NCBI RefSeq assembly: GCF_039654945.1
Contig: NW_027361688.1
Location: 3,348,001-3,412,000, forward strand
Reading direction: 5' to 3'
DNA: 64,000 nt
DNA from: Dendrobates tinctorius
Lineage: Eukaryota
Shown: positions 27,975-41,210 of the stretch, in pieces
Layout of the letters: each line of letters starts with the position of its first letter
How positions within the stretch are numbered: position 1 is the stretch's first letter
The notes under the pieces: generated by a model
Databases searched by the model: none
Told to the model about the DNA's origin: nothing
What the model saw: the letters and a program-made list of their open reading frames with translations, nothing else
Program-made: the position numbers and the translations under genes

Positions 27975-28794
27975 TGTTATGATGAGTCACCGAAGGAGGA
28001 AAAAACAAAATACTAGCTAAGTCCAGAAAAACCAGAGAGGTTGGCAGCTATCGGATTGCAGACCCCTGAACCTATCCACAACAACTAGCAGTAGCCGTGG
28101 GGGGTTCCTACGGTGCCCTAGACCCCTCGATCACAGCCGGAGAACTACATAGCCTAAAGGCAGAAACGGGAAAAACTAAACTGCCCCAGAGCAGACCCCA
28201 AAGCAATAGGCAGCCCCCAACATATAATGACGGTGAAGCAAGATGAAAACACTAACACAGATAGAAAGATAGGTTGAGCAAATGATGGGGCCCAAGCTAA
28301 CTAAAATAGGACAGGATAGGAAAGCTCCTGTCTGCCATCCGCAAAAACCCTATCAAAAAATGTCCCAACCGTCTGATAGGAAAAACAGGCCCTGAAGACG
28401 CTAGGCTTCAAAAGACTATATCAGCACTCAGGTAAATTCTGAAGACAGAGCAAAAGATAAACAGATCAGAGACAAAAATGAAATTCAGCTCACCCCCGGC
28501 CGGGGACGGCAGAACTCCCAAAAAACAAGGCAAAGCAAAAACAAAACTGAAGTGTACAAAGCAGAGCAGAAAAACTTAGCTTTGAGACACAGGAATCAGA
28601 CTGGTCTCCAAGAATCCAGCAGGATCACCAGCAAGGCAGAAGGGCATCGGCTGCCTTATATCCAGTCCTTAATTCCAGCCACCCAGTCATCATCTAGCTG
28701 CCCAGGTGTTTCGTAATCAGCCTCACTACCTACCTTCACCAGAAGTGGGAGTTCATCAGACCTCAACGGTGAAGGGAAAAATGAACTCACAACA

Positions 28795-31700
28795 GTACCT
28801 CCCCCTTGAGGAGGGGTCACCGAACCCTCATCCATGCCACCAGGGCGATCCGGGTGAGCCCGAAGAAAGGCACGCACCAATCTTTCGGCATGAATATCAG
28901 AGGCAGAGACCCAGGAATTATCCTCCTGACCATAACCCTTCCACTTAACCAAATACTGGAGTCTCCGTCTAGCCAGACGGGAATCCAGTATCTTCTCTAC
29001 CTCATATTCCATGTTACCTTCAACCAATACAGGGTCAGGAGGTGCCACCACAGGAACTACTGGTTCAACAAACCTCTTCAACGAGGACTTATGAAACACA
29101 TTATGAATTTTAAATGTGACAGGAAGAGCCAACCGAAAAGAGACCGGATTAATAATCTCCAAAATCTTGTAAGGTCCAATAAATCTAGGCTTAAACTTAG
29201 GAGAAGCCACCTTCATAGCGATATTTTTTGATGACAACCAAACCATATCACCCACCTTAAACTGGGGACCAACGGTCCTACGCCGGTTGGAAAACCGCTG
29301 GGCCTTTTCCTGGGAGAGAGACAACTTATCCACTACTTGGTCCCAGATCTGGTGCATTCTCTCCACCACAGTGTCAACACCTGGGCAGGCAGAAGGCTCC
29401 ACCTGCCCTGAAGAAAATCGAGGGTGAAACCCAAAGTTACAAAAAAAAGGTGACATCAAAGTGGCAGAACTAGCTCTATTATTTAAAGCAAATTCGGCCA
29501 AGGGCAAAAATGAAACCCAATCATCCTGATCTGCAGAAATAAAACATCTCAAATACGACTCCAAAGTCTGTTTTGTTCTCTCCGTCTGCCCATTGGTCTG
29601 AGGGTGAAACGCAGAGGAGAAGGACAACTGAATTCCCAGCTTGGAACAGAAAGTCCTCCAAAATCTAGACACAAACTGAACTCCTCTGTCAGATACAATG
29701 TTCTCAGGAATCCTATGCAAGCGAACCACCTGTTGCAAAAACAAGGGCACCAACTCAGAGGAAGATGGCAACTTAGGGAGTAGTACAAGATGGACCATCT
29801 TAGAGAATCTATCACAAATCACCCAAATAACAGTCATTCTCTGAGAGACAGGCATATCAGAGATAAAATCCATTGAAATATGGGTCCATGGCCTCCTGGG
29901 CACCGGCAAAGGCATCAACAAGCCACTAGAGCGAGAGCAAGGTTTAGACCGGGAGCAAGTCCCACAGGACTGCACAAAATTCCTGACATCATGAGACAAG
30001 GCGGGCCACCAAAAAGATCGACTCACCAGATCTCTAGTACCAAAAATACCTGGATGACCAGCCAATGCGGAGCAATGAACTTCAGACATCACTCTCTTCC
30101 TCCACTGGTCAGGAACATACAACTTTCCACTGGGACAACACTCAGGTTTGTCCTCCTGAAACTCTTCCAGAGCACGTCTCAAATCGGGCGAGATGGCAGA
30201 AAGAACTACGCCCTCGCCTAAGATGGTAGCAGGCTTCGTCACAAAAGGAGAATCAGCAAGGAAACTCCGAGAGAGGGCGTCTGCCTTGACATTCTTATTG
30301 CCTGGAAGAAGACCACAAAATCAAAACGTGTGAAAAACAAGGCCCACCTAGCCTGTCTAGGATTCAAGCGCTTGGCCGACTCCAGGTAAATCAAATTCTT
30401 GTGGTCAGTAAGGACCACGACTTGGTGTTTGGCTCCCTCCAACCAATGTCTCCACTCAAATGCACATTTCATGGCCAACAGATCCCGATTTCCCACATCA
30501 TAGTTAGGTTCGGATGGGGAGAACTTTCGGGAAAAGAAAGCACAAGGATTCATTTTAGATGTCACAGGATCTTTTTGGGACAACACCGCTCCTGCACCAA
30601 TCTCAGAAGCGTCCACCTCCACCTGAAACGGGAATGAGACATCAGGTTGCCGCAAAACCGGAGCAGAAGTGAATCTTCGTTTCAGCTCCTGAAAGGAAGA
30701 AACAGCCTCCGGAGACCAATTCAGCACATCAGCACCCTTCCTAGTCAAATCAGTCAATGGCTTGGCAATACCAGAAAAATTAGCTATAAATTTCCGATAA
30801 AAATTAGCAAAACCCAAAAACTTCTGGAGGGCCTTCAAAGAAGTGGGCTGAACCCAATCATAAATGGCCTGTACCTTGGCCGGGTCCATTTCAATAGTTG
30901 ACGGAGACAAAATAAATCCCAAAAATGACATCCTCTGTACCCCAAAAAGGCATTTCAATCCCTTGACATACAGGGAATTCTCCCTCAAAATCCGGAACAC
31001 AGTCCGAACATGTTCCACATGAGAGTCCCAATTCTTGGAGAAGATCAAAATATCATCCAGATAGATAATCAAAAATTTATCCACAATGTCTCGGAATATA
31101 TCGTTCATGAAGCACAGGAAGACAGAAGGGGCATTAGTGAGCCCAAAAGGCATCACCAGGTACTCAAAATGTCCCTCCGGAGTATTAAACGCCATCTTCC
31201 ATTCATCCCCATGCTTAATGCGAATAAGATTATACGCCCCCCTGAGGTCAAGCTAGGTAAACCAGCAAGCACCTTTAACTCTGGAGAATAGATCAGAAAT
31301 CAGGGGTAACGGATACTGATATTTAACAGTAATTTTGTTGAGGGCACGATAATCAATACAAGGCCTTAAAGAACCATCCTTTTTGGCCACAAAAAAAAAA
31401 AAAACGGCACCTAAGGGTGAAGAGGATGGTCTAATATGACCCTTCTCCAACGCCTCCTTAATATAGGATCGCATAGCCTCGTGCTCGGGTACAGATAAAT
31501 TGAAGAGCCGACCCTTGGGAAATTTACACCCCGGGCTCAGTTCAATTGCACAGTCATAACTCCTATGAGGAGGCAAAGACGCAGACTCATTCTCACTAAA
31601 TACATCATAAAAGTCAGCCAAATAGTCAGGAACATCATGCGACTGGGGAGAGGTGGAGAAAACAGGAGCATCACTAAGGGCACACCGACAACCCCAACTC

Positions 31701-32722
31701 ACCACAGACAAAGATTTCCAATCCAGAACTGGATTATGGATTTGCAACCAGGGAAACCCCAGAACAATGGTATCATGCAAATTATGCAACACCAAAAATC
31801 TGCAATTTTCTTGATGGTCTGGGGCGACCCGCATGACCACCTGGGTCCAAAACTGAGGTTTATTCTTCGCCAAAGGAGTAGCATCAATACCCCTCAAAGG
31901 GATAGGCGTCCGCAGAGGTGTCATAGGAAATCCACAACGTTTAGCAAAATCCAAGTCCATTAGGTTCAGGGCTGCTCCCGAATCCACAAAAGCCTTGGCG
32001 GAAAATGTGGACAGGGAGCAGATCAGAGTAATTGCCAGAAGAAACTTAGGTTGAACACCACCCACAGAAAACGTGTGTGCACAACGTTTCTATCGTTTAG
32101 GGCAGACAGAAATAATATGTGAGGCATCTCCACAAAAAAAACACAGCTTATTACGCCCTCTGAACTCCTGACGTTGCGCCCTAGACAAAACTCTATCACA
32201 TTGCATAGGTTCAGACATTTTTTCAACAGGTGGCAACATCTCTCGTGTAGTTTTGCGTTCACGTAAACGCCGATCCACCTGAATGGCTAATGACATAGAA
32301 TCGTCAAGACCAGAGGGAACAGGAAATCCCAACATAGTATCTTTTACAGTTTCTGACAAACCCTTCCAAAAGAGGGCTGCCAAGGCACCATCATTCCAGG
32401 TAGTAAGGACCGCCCACTTTTGGAATTTTTGACAGTACAACTCTGCCGAATCCCGACCCTGGCTTAATGCCAACAGAGTCTTTTCAGCCTGATCAATAGC
32501 ATTAAGTTCATCATACAACAACCCCAAGGCTTGAAAAAATGCGTTCACATTATTCAGAATAGGATCATCAGGTTTCAAAGAAAACGCCCAATCCTGGGGA
32601 TCACCGCGCAGCAAAGAGATGACAATTTTAACCTGCTGCGCGGAGTTCCCCGACGAGTTAGGCTTCAAGGCAAAAAATAACTTACAATTATTCTTGAAAT
32701 TCAAGAATTTAGACCGATCCCC
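28795..32722 (-). pseudogene. Gag-pol of the Sushi-like element, minus copy (CCHC, protease, RT, RNase H, integrase, chromodomain), frameshifted
   Basis: [65 protein letters not shown]. Confidence 0.9.
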
Positions 32723-33248
32723 AAGGACTAGGGATCGGTCTAAATTCGGATGGCAGACAGCAGCTTTTCTATCCTGTCCTATTTTAGTTAGCTTGGGCCC
32801 CATCATTTGCTCAACCTATCTTTCTATCTGTGTTAGTGTTTTCATCTTGCTTCACAGTCATTATATGTTGGGGTCTGCCTATTGCTATGGGGTCTGCTCT
32901 GGGGCTGTTTAGATTTCCCTTTCTGTCTTTAGGCTATGTAGCTCTCCGGCTGTGATCGAGGGGTCTAGGGCACCGTAGGAACCCCCCACGGCTACTGCTA
33001 GTTGTTGTGGATAGGTTCAGGGGTCTGCAATCCGATAGCTGCCAACCTCTCTGGTTTTTCTGGACTTAGCTGGTATTTTGTTTTTTCCTCCTTCGGTGAC
33101 TCATCATAACAGAATCACCAGCCATACCGCAGATCCTAGGGTACTCAATAGCAGGAGAGAATTGTAAAAAAAAAAAGTATGTCAGAATTTTTTTTGTGCA
33201 TATTTTTTCCTCTATATCTCTGAGGCCGTAGGGGGAATTTTTCTCTCA

Positions 33249-36200
33249 ATGGAGATGAAGCAATTGTCTGATCGTGTGGAGCAGCTCGCTGCTGAAGTGC
33301 GGGGAATTTCCGCCTATCTTGCTCATTCACATGCTGCTGAACCAAAGATTCCTACTCCTGATGTGTTTTTCGGGGATCGGTCTAAATTCTTGAATTTCAA
33401 GAATAATTGTAAATTATTTTTTGCCTTGAAGCCTAACTCGTCGGGGAACTCCGCGCAGCAGGTTAAAATTGTCATCTCTTTGCTGCGCGGCGATCCCCAG
33501 GATTGGGCGTTTTCTTTGAAACCTGATGATCCTATTCTGAATAATGTGAACGCATTTTTTCAAGCCTTGGGGTTGTTGTATGATGAACCTAATGCTATTG
33601 ATCAGGCTGAAAAGACCCTGTTGGCATTAAGCCAGGTTCGGGATTCGGCAGAGTTGTACTGTCAAAAATTCTGAAAGTGGTCGGTCCTTACTACCTGGAA
33701 TGATGGTGCTTTGGCAGCCCTCTTTCGGAAGGGTTTGTCAGAAACTGTAAAAGATACTATGGAGGGATTTCCTGTTCCCTCTGGTCTTGACGATTCTATG
33801 TCATTAGCCATTCAGGTGGATCAGCGTTTACGTGATCGCAAAACTACACGAGAGATGTTGCCACCTGTTGAACAAATGTCTGAACCTATGCAATGTGATA
33901 GAGTTTTGTCTAGGGTTTGTCTAGGGTGCAACGTCAGGAGTTCAGAAGGCGTAATAAGCTGTGTTTTTTTGTGGAGATGCCTCGCATGTTATTTCTGTCT
34001 GCCCTAAACGAGAGAAACGTTGTGCACACACGTTTTCTGTGGGTGGTGTTCAACCTAAGTTTCTTCTGGCAATTACTCTGATCTGCTCCCTGTCCACATT
34101 TTCCGCCAAGGCTTTTGTGGATTCAGGAGCAGCTCTGAACCTGATGGACTTGGATTTTACTAAACGTTGTGGATTTCCTATGACACCTCTGCGGACGCCT
34201 ATCCCTTTGAGGGGTATTGATGCTACTCCTTTGGCGAAGAATAAACCTCAGTTTTGGACCCAGGTGGTAATGCGGGTCTCCCCAGACCATCAAGAAAATT
34301 GCGGATTCTTGGTGTTGCATAATTTGCATGATACCATTGTTCTGGGGTTTCCCTGGTTGCAAATCCATAATCCAGTTCTGGATTGGAAATCTGTGTCTGT
34401 GGTGAGTTGGGGTTGTCGGTGTGCCCTTAGTGACGCTCCTGTTTTCTCCACCTCTCCCCAGTCGCATGATGTTCCTGACTATTTGGCTGACTTTTATGAT
34501 GTATTTAGTGAGAATGAGTCTGCGTCTTTGCCTCCTCATAGGAGTTATGACTGTGCAATTGAGCTGAACCCGGGGTGTAAATTCCCCAAGGGTCGGCTTT
34601 TCAATTTATCTGTACCCGAGCATGAGGCTATGCGGTCCTATATTAAGGAGTCGTTGGAGAAGGGTCATATTAGACCATCCTCTTCACCCTTAGGTGCTGG
34701 GTTTTTTTTCGTGGCTAAAAAGGATGGTTCATTAAGGCCTTGTATTGATTATCGGGCCCTCAACAAAATTACTGTTAAATATCAGTATCCGTTACCCCTG
34801 ATTTCTGATCTATTCTCCAGAGTTAAAGGTGCTTGCTGGTTTACCAAGCTTGACCTCAGGGGGGCGTATAATCTTATTCGCATTAAGCATGGGGATGAAT
34901 GGAAGATGGCGTTTAATACTCCGGAGGGACATTTTGAGTACCTGGTGATGCCCTTTGGGCTAACTAATGCCCCTTCTGTCTTCCAGTGCTTCATGAGCGA
35001 TATATTCCGAGATATTGTGGATAAATTTTTGATTATCTATCTGGATGATATTTTGATCTTCTCCAAGAATTGGGACTCTCATGTGGAACATGTTCAGACT
35101 GTGTTCCGGATTTTGAGGGAGAATTCCCTGTATGTCAAGGGATCGAAATGCCTTTTTGGGGTACAGAGGATTTCATTTTTGTGATTTATTTTGTCTCCGT
35201 CAACTATTGAATTGGACCCGGCCAAGGTACAGGCCATTTATCATTGGGTTCAGCCCACTTCTTTGAAGGCCCTCCAGAAGTTTTTGGGTTTTGCTAATTT
35301 TTATCAGAAATTTATAGCTAATTTTTCTGGTATTGCCAAGCCATTGACGGATTTGACTAGGAAGGGTGCTGATGTGCTGAATTGGTCTCCGGAGGCTGTT
35401 TCTTCCTTTCAGGAGCTGAAGCGAAGATTCACTTCTGCTCCGGTTTTGCGGCAACCTGATGTCTCACTCCCGTTTCAGGTGGAGGTGGACGCTTCTGAGA
35501 TTGGTGCAGGAGCGGTGTTGTCCCAAAAAGATCCTGTGACATCTAAAATGAATCCTTGTGCTTTCTTTTCCCGAAAGTTCTCCCCATCCGAACGTAACTA
35601 TGATGTGGGGAATCGGGAACTGTTGGCCATGAAATGGGCATTTGAGGAGTGGAGACATTGGTTGGAGGGAGCTAAACATCAAGTTGTGGTCCTCACTGAC
35701 CACAAGAATTTGATTTACCTGGAGTCGGCCAAGCGCTTGAATCCTAGACAGGCTAGGTGGGCCTTGTTTTTCACACGTTTTGATTTTCTGGTCTCTTTTC
35801 TTCCGGACACTAAGAATGTCAAGGCAGACGCCCTCTCTAGGAGTTTCCTTGCTGATTCTCCTGTTGTGACTAAGCCTGCTACCATCTTAGGCGAGGGGGT
35901 AGTTCTTTCTGCCATCTCGCCTGATTTGAGACATGCTCTGGAAGAGTTTCAGGAGGACAAACCTGAGCGTTATCCCAGTGGAAAGTTGTATGTTCCTGAC
36001 CAGTGGAGGAAGAGAGTGATGTCTGAAGTTCATTGCTCTGCATTGGCTGGTCATCCGGGTATTTTTGGTACTAGAGATCTGGTGAGTCTGTCTTTTTGGT
36101 GGCCCGCCTTGTCTCGTGATGTCAGGAATTTTGTGCAGTCCTGTGGGACTTGCTCCCGGTCTAAACCTTGTTCTCGCTCTAGTGGCTTGTTGATGCCTTT

Positions 36201-36990
36201 GCCGGTGCCCAGGAGGCCATGGACCCATATTTCAATGGATTTTATCTCTGATATGCCTGTCTCTCAGAGGATGACTGTTATTTGGGTGATTTGTGATAGA
36301 TTCTCTAAGATGGTCCATCTTGTACCACTCCCTAAGTTGCCATCTTCCTCTGAGTTGGTGCCCTTGTTTTTGCAACAGGTGGTTCCCTTGCACGGGATTC
36401 CTGAGAACATTGTATCTGACAGAGGAGTTCAGCTTGTGTCTAGATTTTGGAGAACTTTCTGTTCCAAGCTGGGAATTCAGTTGTCCTTCTCCTCTGCTTT
36501 TCACCCTCAGACCAATGGGCAGACGGAGAGAACAAACCAGACCTTGGAGTCGTATTTGAGATGTTTTATTTCCGCTGATCAGGATGATTGGGTCTCATTT
36601 TTGCCCTTGGCCGAATTTGCTTTAAATAATAGAGCTAGTTCTGCCACTTTGATGTCACCTTTTTTTTGTAACTTTGGGTTTCACCCTCGATTTTCTTCAG
36701 GGCAGGTGGAGCCTTCTGCCTGCCCAGGTGTTGACACTGTGGTGGAGAGAATGCACCAGATCTGGGACCAAGTAGTGGATAAGTTGTCTCTCTCCCAGGA
36801 AAAGGCCAAGCGGTTTTCCAACCAGCGTAGGACCGTTGGTCCCCAGTTTAAGGTGGGTGATATGGTTTGGTTGTCATCAAAAAATATCGCTATGAAGGTG
36901 GCTTCTCCTAAGTTTAAGCCTAGATTTATTGGACCTTACAAGATTTTGGAGATTATTAATCCGGTCTCTTTTCGATTGGCTCTTCCTGTC
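33249..36990 (+). pseudogene. Gag-pol of the Sushi-like element, plus copy, truncated before the chromodomain
   Basis: ORFs 33249-33674, 33961-35184 and 35191-37047; stops at 33672 and 35182; ~10-bp duplication near 33910. Confidence 0.9.
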
Positions 36991-37290
36991 TTCCAGTCCT
37001 CAATTCCATCCACCCAGTCATCATCTAGCTGCCCAGGTGTTTGGTAATCAGCCTCACTACCTTCCTTCACCAGAGGAGGGAGTTCATCAGACCTCAACGG
37101 TGAAGGGAAAAATGAACTCACAACAGTCATGATCCCGAGTGTGGATCAGACAAGGTCAATGTTGATGTTTCTAATTGTGGGTCAGACTGGGTCAACATTA
37201 ATAATCCTGAGTGTTGATCATAATATTCATGATCCCAAGTGTCGATCAGACTGGACTAATATTCACGATCATGAGGATCGATCATTATTT

Positions 37291-37830
37291 GAATCATAGA
37301 ATCATAGAATCGTAGAGTTGGAAGGGACCTCCTGGGCCATCTGGTCCAACCCCCTGCTCAAAGCAGGATTCGCTAAATCATCCCAGTCAGATGTCTGTCC
37401 AGCCTCTGTTTGAAGACTTCCATTGAAGGAGAACTCACCACTTCTCGTGGCAGCTTGTTCCACTCATTGATCACTCTAACTGTCAAAAAGTTTTTTCTAA
37501 TATCTAATCTGTGTCTCCTCCCATTCAGTTTCATCCCATTGCTTCTAGTCTTTCCTTGTGCAAATGAGAATAAAGTTGATCCTTCTACAATGTGACAGCC
37601 CTTTAGATATTTGTAGACAGCTATTAAGTCTCCTCTCAGTCTTCTCTTTTGCAAACTAAACATTCCCAAATCCTGCAACCTTTCCTCATAAGACAGGGTT
37701 TGCAGACCGGTCACCATTTTGGTCGCTCTTTTCTGAACTTGCTCCAGTTTGTTGATGTCTTTTTTAAAATGTGGCGCCCAAAACTGGACACAATATTCCA
37801 GATGAGGTCTGACCAAAGAGGAGTAGAGGG
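37291..37830 (-). mobile_element. CR1 LINE 3' fragment
   Basis: [42 protein letters not shown]; 3' (ATTCTATG)n tail at 37291-37312. Confidence 0.93.
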
Positions 37831-40766
37831 AAATAATGTGATCAGGCTGGATCATGGATAATGTGATCAACTATGTGATCAGGCTGGATTAACACTCCTT
37901 ATCTTCAGTGTCGATCAGACTAAATTGTCATCCAGGATCCCAAATGTCGATCATTTGTGATCCCGAGTGTCAAATAGACCAGATCATCAATTGGGATCAC
38001 AAGTGTCGATTATATTGGATCAATATTCATAATCCAAAGTGTCACTCAGATCAGTTCAACATTCATGATCCCGATAGTTGATCAGACCTGTTCTACATTC
38101 GATCAGACAGTATCAACATTCGTGATCCCAAGAATCAATCAGACCAGATTGTTATTTGGGATCAGAGGTTTGATCAGACTGGTTCTACATTTAAGATCCC
38201 TTGTGTCAATCAGACTGGATCACCAACCAGGATCCCAGTGCTGTTAATATCCATGATCCCGAGTGTCAAACAGACCAGATCATCCCAAGTGTCGATCCTA
38301 CCAGATTAATATTTATGATCCCGAGAGTCAATCAGAGCAGATGGTTATTTGGGATCACATGTGTGCTCAGACTAAATCTACATTCATGATCCCAAGTGTG
38401 AATAAGACAGGATCACCAGCTAGGATGCCAAATGTTGATCATAACATTCTTGATATCGAGTGTCAAACAGACCTGATCACCATTGGGATCACAGGTCTCG
38501 AACAGACTGGATCACCATTCATGATCTTGAGTGTCATTCAGATCAGATCATCACTAAGGATCACAAGTGCTGCTTAGACTGGATCAACATTCATTATCCC
38601 GAGTGTCAAAAAGACCAGATCACCAAGTAAGGATCACAAGTGGATCAACATTCGATCAGACCGGATCTACACTCAGAACGATTCTATGTGTTGACATGAG
38701 CGGTAATGTTGTTTCATTCTAAGAAATCATATAAGCCATCTTTTTTAAGCTATGGACTGTGCCCGCAGCGACCCATTCCTGATGTGACCGCTCGATCACT
38801 GGTGGATCTAATCGTTTTTTTTAATGTCGCTCTTGTAATCAGAAGGAGCTGCCGACAATTTGTGCGTGAGGTTGAGCGGCCGTATTAATATTCATTCTTT
38901 TCTCTACGGTTACATCAGCTTATGTGATCTGGTATTATGTAATGTGACTTCCTCTTATGTAGATATCGTTCTCTCCCGTATTTACATTTACCTAGCAGTG
39001 GCCACTAGGGGGCACATATGTACCTTAAAAAAAAAACTGATTTGTCATCATTCTTCAGCATATACCGATGTCTATGAACTTTGCTCAGGTTTATACATTA
39101 ACTCTGGTGACCTCACACACGACATACAAAAATGTGCATGAAATCAAATGTGTAGGTGCCCTTTAAGGGCGAAGTAACAAAACATGTCCCATAGGACGAG
39201 CACATAGATCTCATTCTTACAAGTGTCTGTAGTAATATTTCTCATGGTGGGGGGATTCTGAATGGTCCTTCCATCTAGAAGAACATATATTGTATTATAG
39301 ACAATGCAGATAATAGGACAAGGCAGTTTCTTGGGGGTGTAATTACACACCTGTCCTGCAGGTGTCACTGTTACTCTCTATATTGGGAGTGTTCCATTCT
39401 AGAATTTTCGTAGGCTGGATTCACATTATGGTTCTTCCAGCCCAGCAGATGGTAAAAGATGGGTCTGTAAAGTTCTACAAGACACTTTCTGTAATCAGAC
39501 CAATCATCCGAATCATCAAATCTCGGGTCAGTTGTGCATGTATTTGGCAAATATCCATTAAAGGGGTATTCCCATCTCCGGCACTTATTTGCCAACATTT
39601 CTGGTAGGAGTGGGGGTATTTGAGCTCCAAACCTTTCCTTTCTTTCACCCACCCAGGAACTCCCTCATCCGTCCTGGTAACGTCTCCAGGACAGATACTT
39701 TGGGTCAGGGTTTACATAAACCACACCCACTTGGCTTAGTAGCAGAATGGCCATGTCTCCTTCTGAGAACTGGAAATCTAAAACCTTGGATGATTCAGAC
39801 TAAAGTAATGATCGGCAAAGTTTTTGACATTTAAACTTACTAAATTTCGGAAAAAAAAATCAAAAGTACTCTAAAGTCTCAAGTTGCCCTGAATAGTCAT
39901 GTATAATACTGTACTGTTTTCCTCCAACACTGATCATCTTCCCTGCAATACTGTTATACACTGTCTGTATAGTTTATTCAGTGTGCAATGACATTTTCTC
40001 CCTATCTCTGTGGCTCTCCAGATTGACTACAAAAGGGCTGCTGCATTCCCTGCCTTGGCTTTTATACTGGCTATGATAGTTCCTCCTGATTGGCTGTGCA
40101 GTACCATGTGATATGGTGGCTGCAAGGCATTATGGAGAAGTCCGCTTGACGTCATGTGATCCTAATCTGGCTGATGAAATCTTCTGCAATGTGTTAAATA
40201 GCAGTGGCCATTTTAGGCGATTCATGTGAAGCAATTTGAATCATAAATTGTTTAAATTTGGCAGGTTCAGCTAATTCCTAAAATTCAGCACAAATTTGAT
40301 TTGCATCAAATCAGTTGACTCTTCACTAGAAAATAGCATTAATATCAATGATATTCTTTACTCACATAGAATCAACATATCCCATTATTATTCATATATT
40401 TCAGAGACAAACTAATAAACACATCAAACTAAAAGAATGAGGTAGCGCATTCCAGAGAAGTGGCGCAGCACAAGAGAAATGTTAGGCTCATCTGGTGATG
40501 CACATTCTCCAAACCCTTCTACGGGTGGGGATACGAGCTACGGGCGTCAATGAAGCAGCGAGGTGGGGCACACGGGACATGGACAACTGAAAGACTGGCA
40601 TGCCACAGGTAGACAGGTGGAATACTGATAACTATAGGCAAGCAGGTGGGATGCTGGAAACCACTCTCAGGTGGGAAACATCCATGAAACCGCAGGCAAG
40701 CGGAATACTGAAACCGCTGGCATGCGGGAGACGTCTAGGAGACCTCAGGCAAGCATTTGTTGATCT

Positions 40767-41210
40767 GGAAACTGCTGGCAGGTGGAAAACATGCAGTGAA
40801 CTGCAGGCAGGTAGGTGGGATGCTGGCAAGAGGGAGATGTCTAGGAAACCACAGGAAGAGATGCAGGAAACCTCTGGCATGCGGGAGAAATCCACAAGCT
40901 GACAGGCAAGTAAGCATGAGATATCCAGTAGACCACAAGCAGGCAAGCGGAAGACGTCCAAGAGACCACAAGCAAGCAGGCAACTTGCTGGAAACTGCTG
41001 GCAGGTGGAAGACATGCAGTGGACTGCAGGCAGGTAGGTGGGATGCTGGCAAGAGGGAGATGTCTAGGAAACCACAGGAAGAGATGCAGGAAACCTCTGG
41101 CATGCGGGAGAAATCCAGAAGATGACAGGCAAGTAAGCATGAGATGTCCAGTAGACCACAAGCAGGCAAGTGGAAGACGTCCAAGAGACCACAAGCAAGC
41201 TGGAAACTGT
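40767..41210. repeat. About 223-bp tandem duplication (2 copies) in a gcaggc-rich low-complexity tract
   Basis: ggaaactgctggcaggtgga at 40767 and 40990. Confidence 0.85.

Larger units (their letters stand above)
27975..37125. mobile_element. Ty3/Gypsy chromovirus (Sushi-like) with internal inverted duplication, single 6-bp TSD GTCATG
   Basis: Full LTR 27975-28794 then PPT; pol and gag on minus to 32722; partial inverted LTR 32747-33111; gag-pol on plus 33249-36990; 135-bp LTR end 36991-37125; gtcatg at 27969-27974 and 37126-37131. Confidence 0.92.

Noticed and set aside
33249-37047. Domesticated PEG10/RTL-like gene
   Set aside because: LTRs and TSD are present, with in-frame stops and frameshifts
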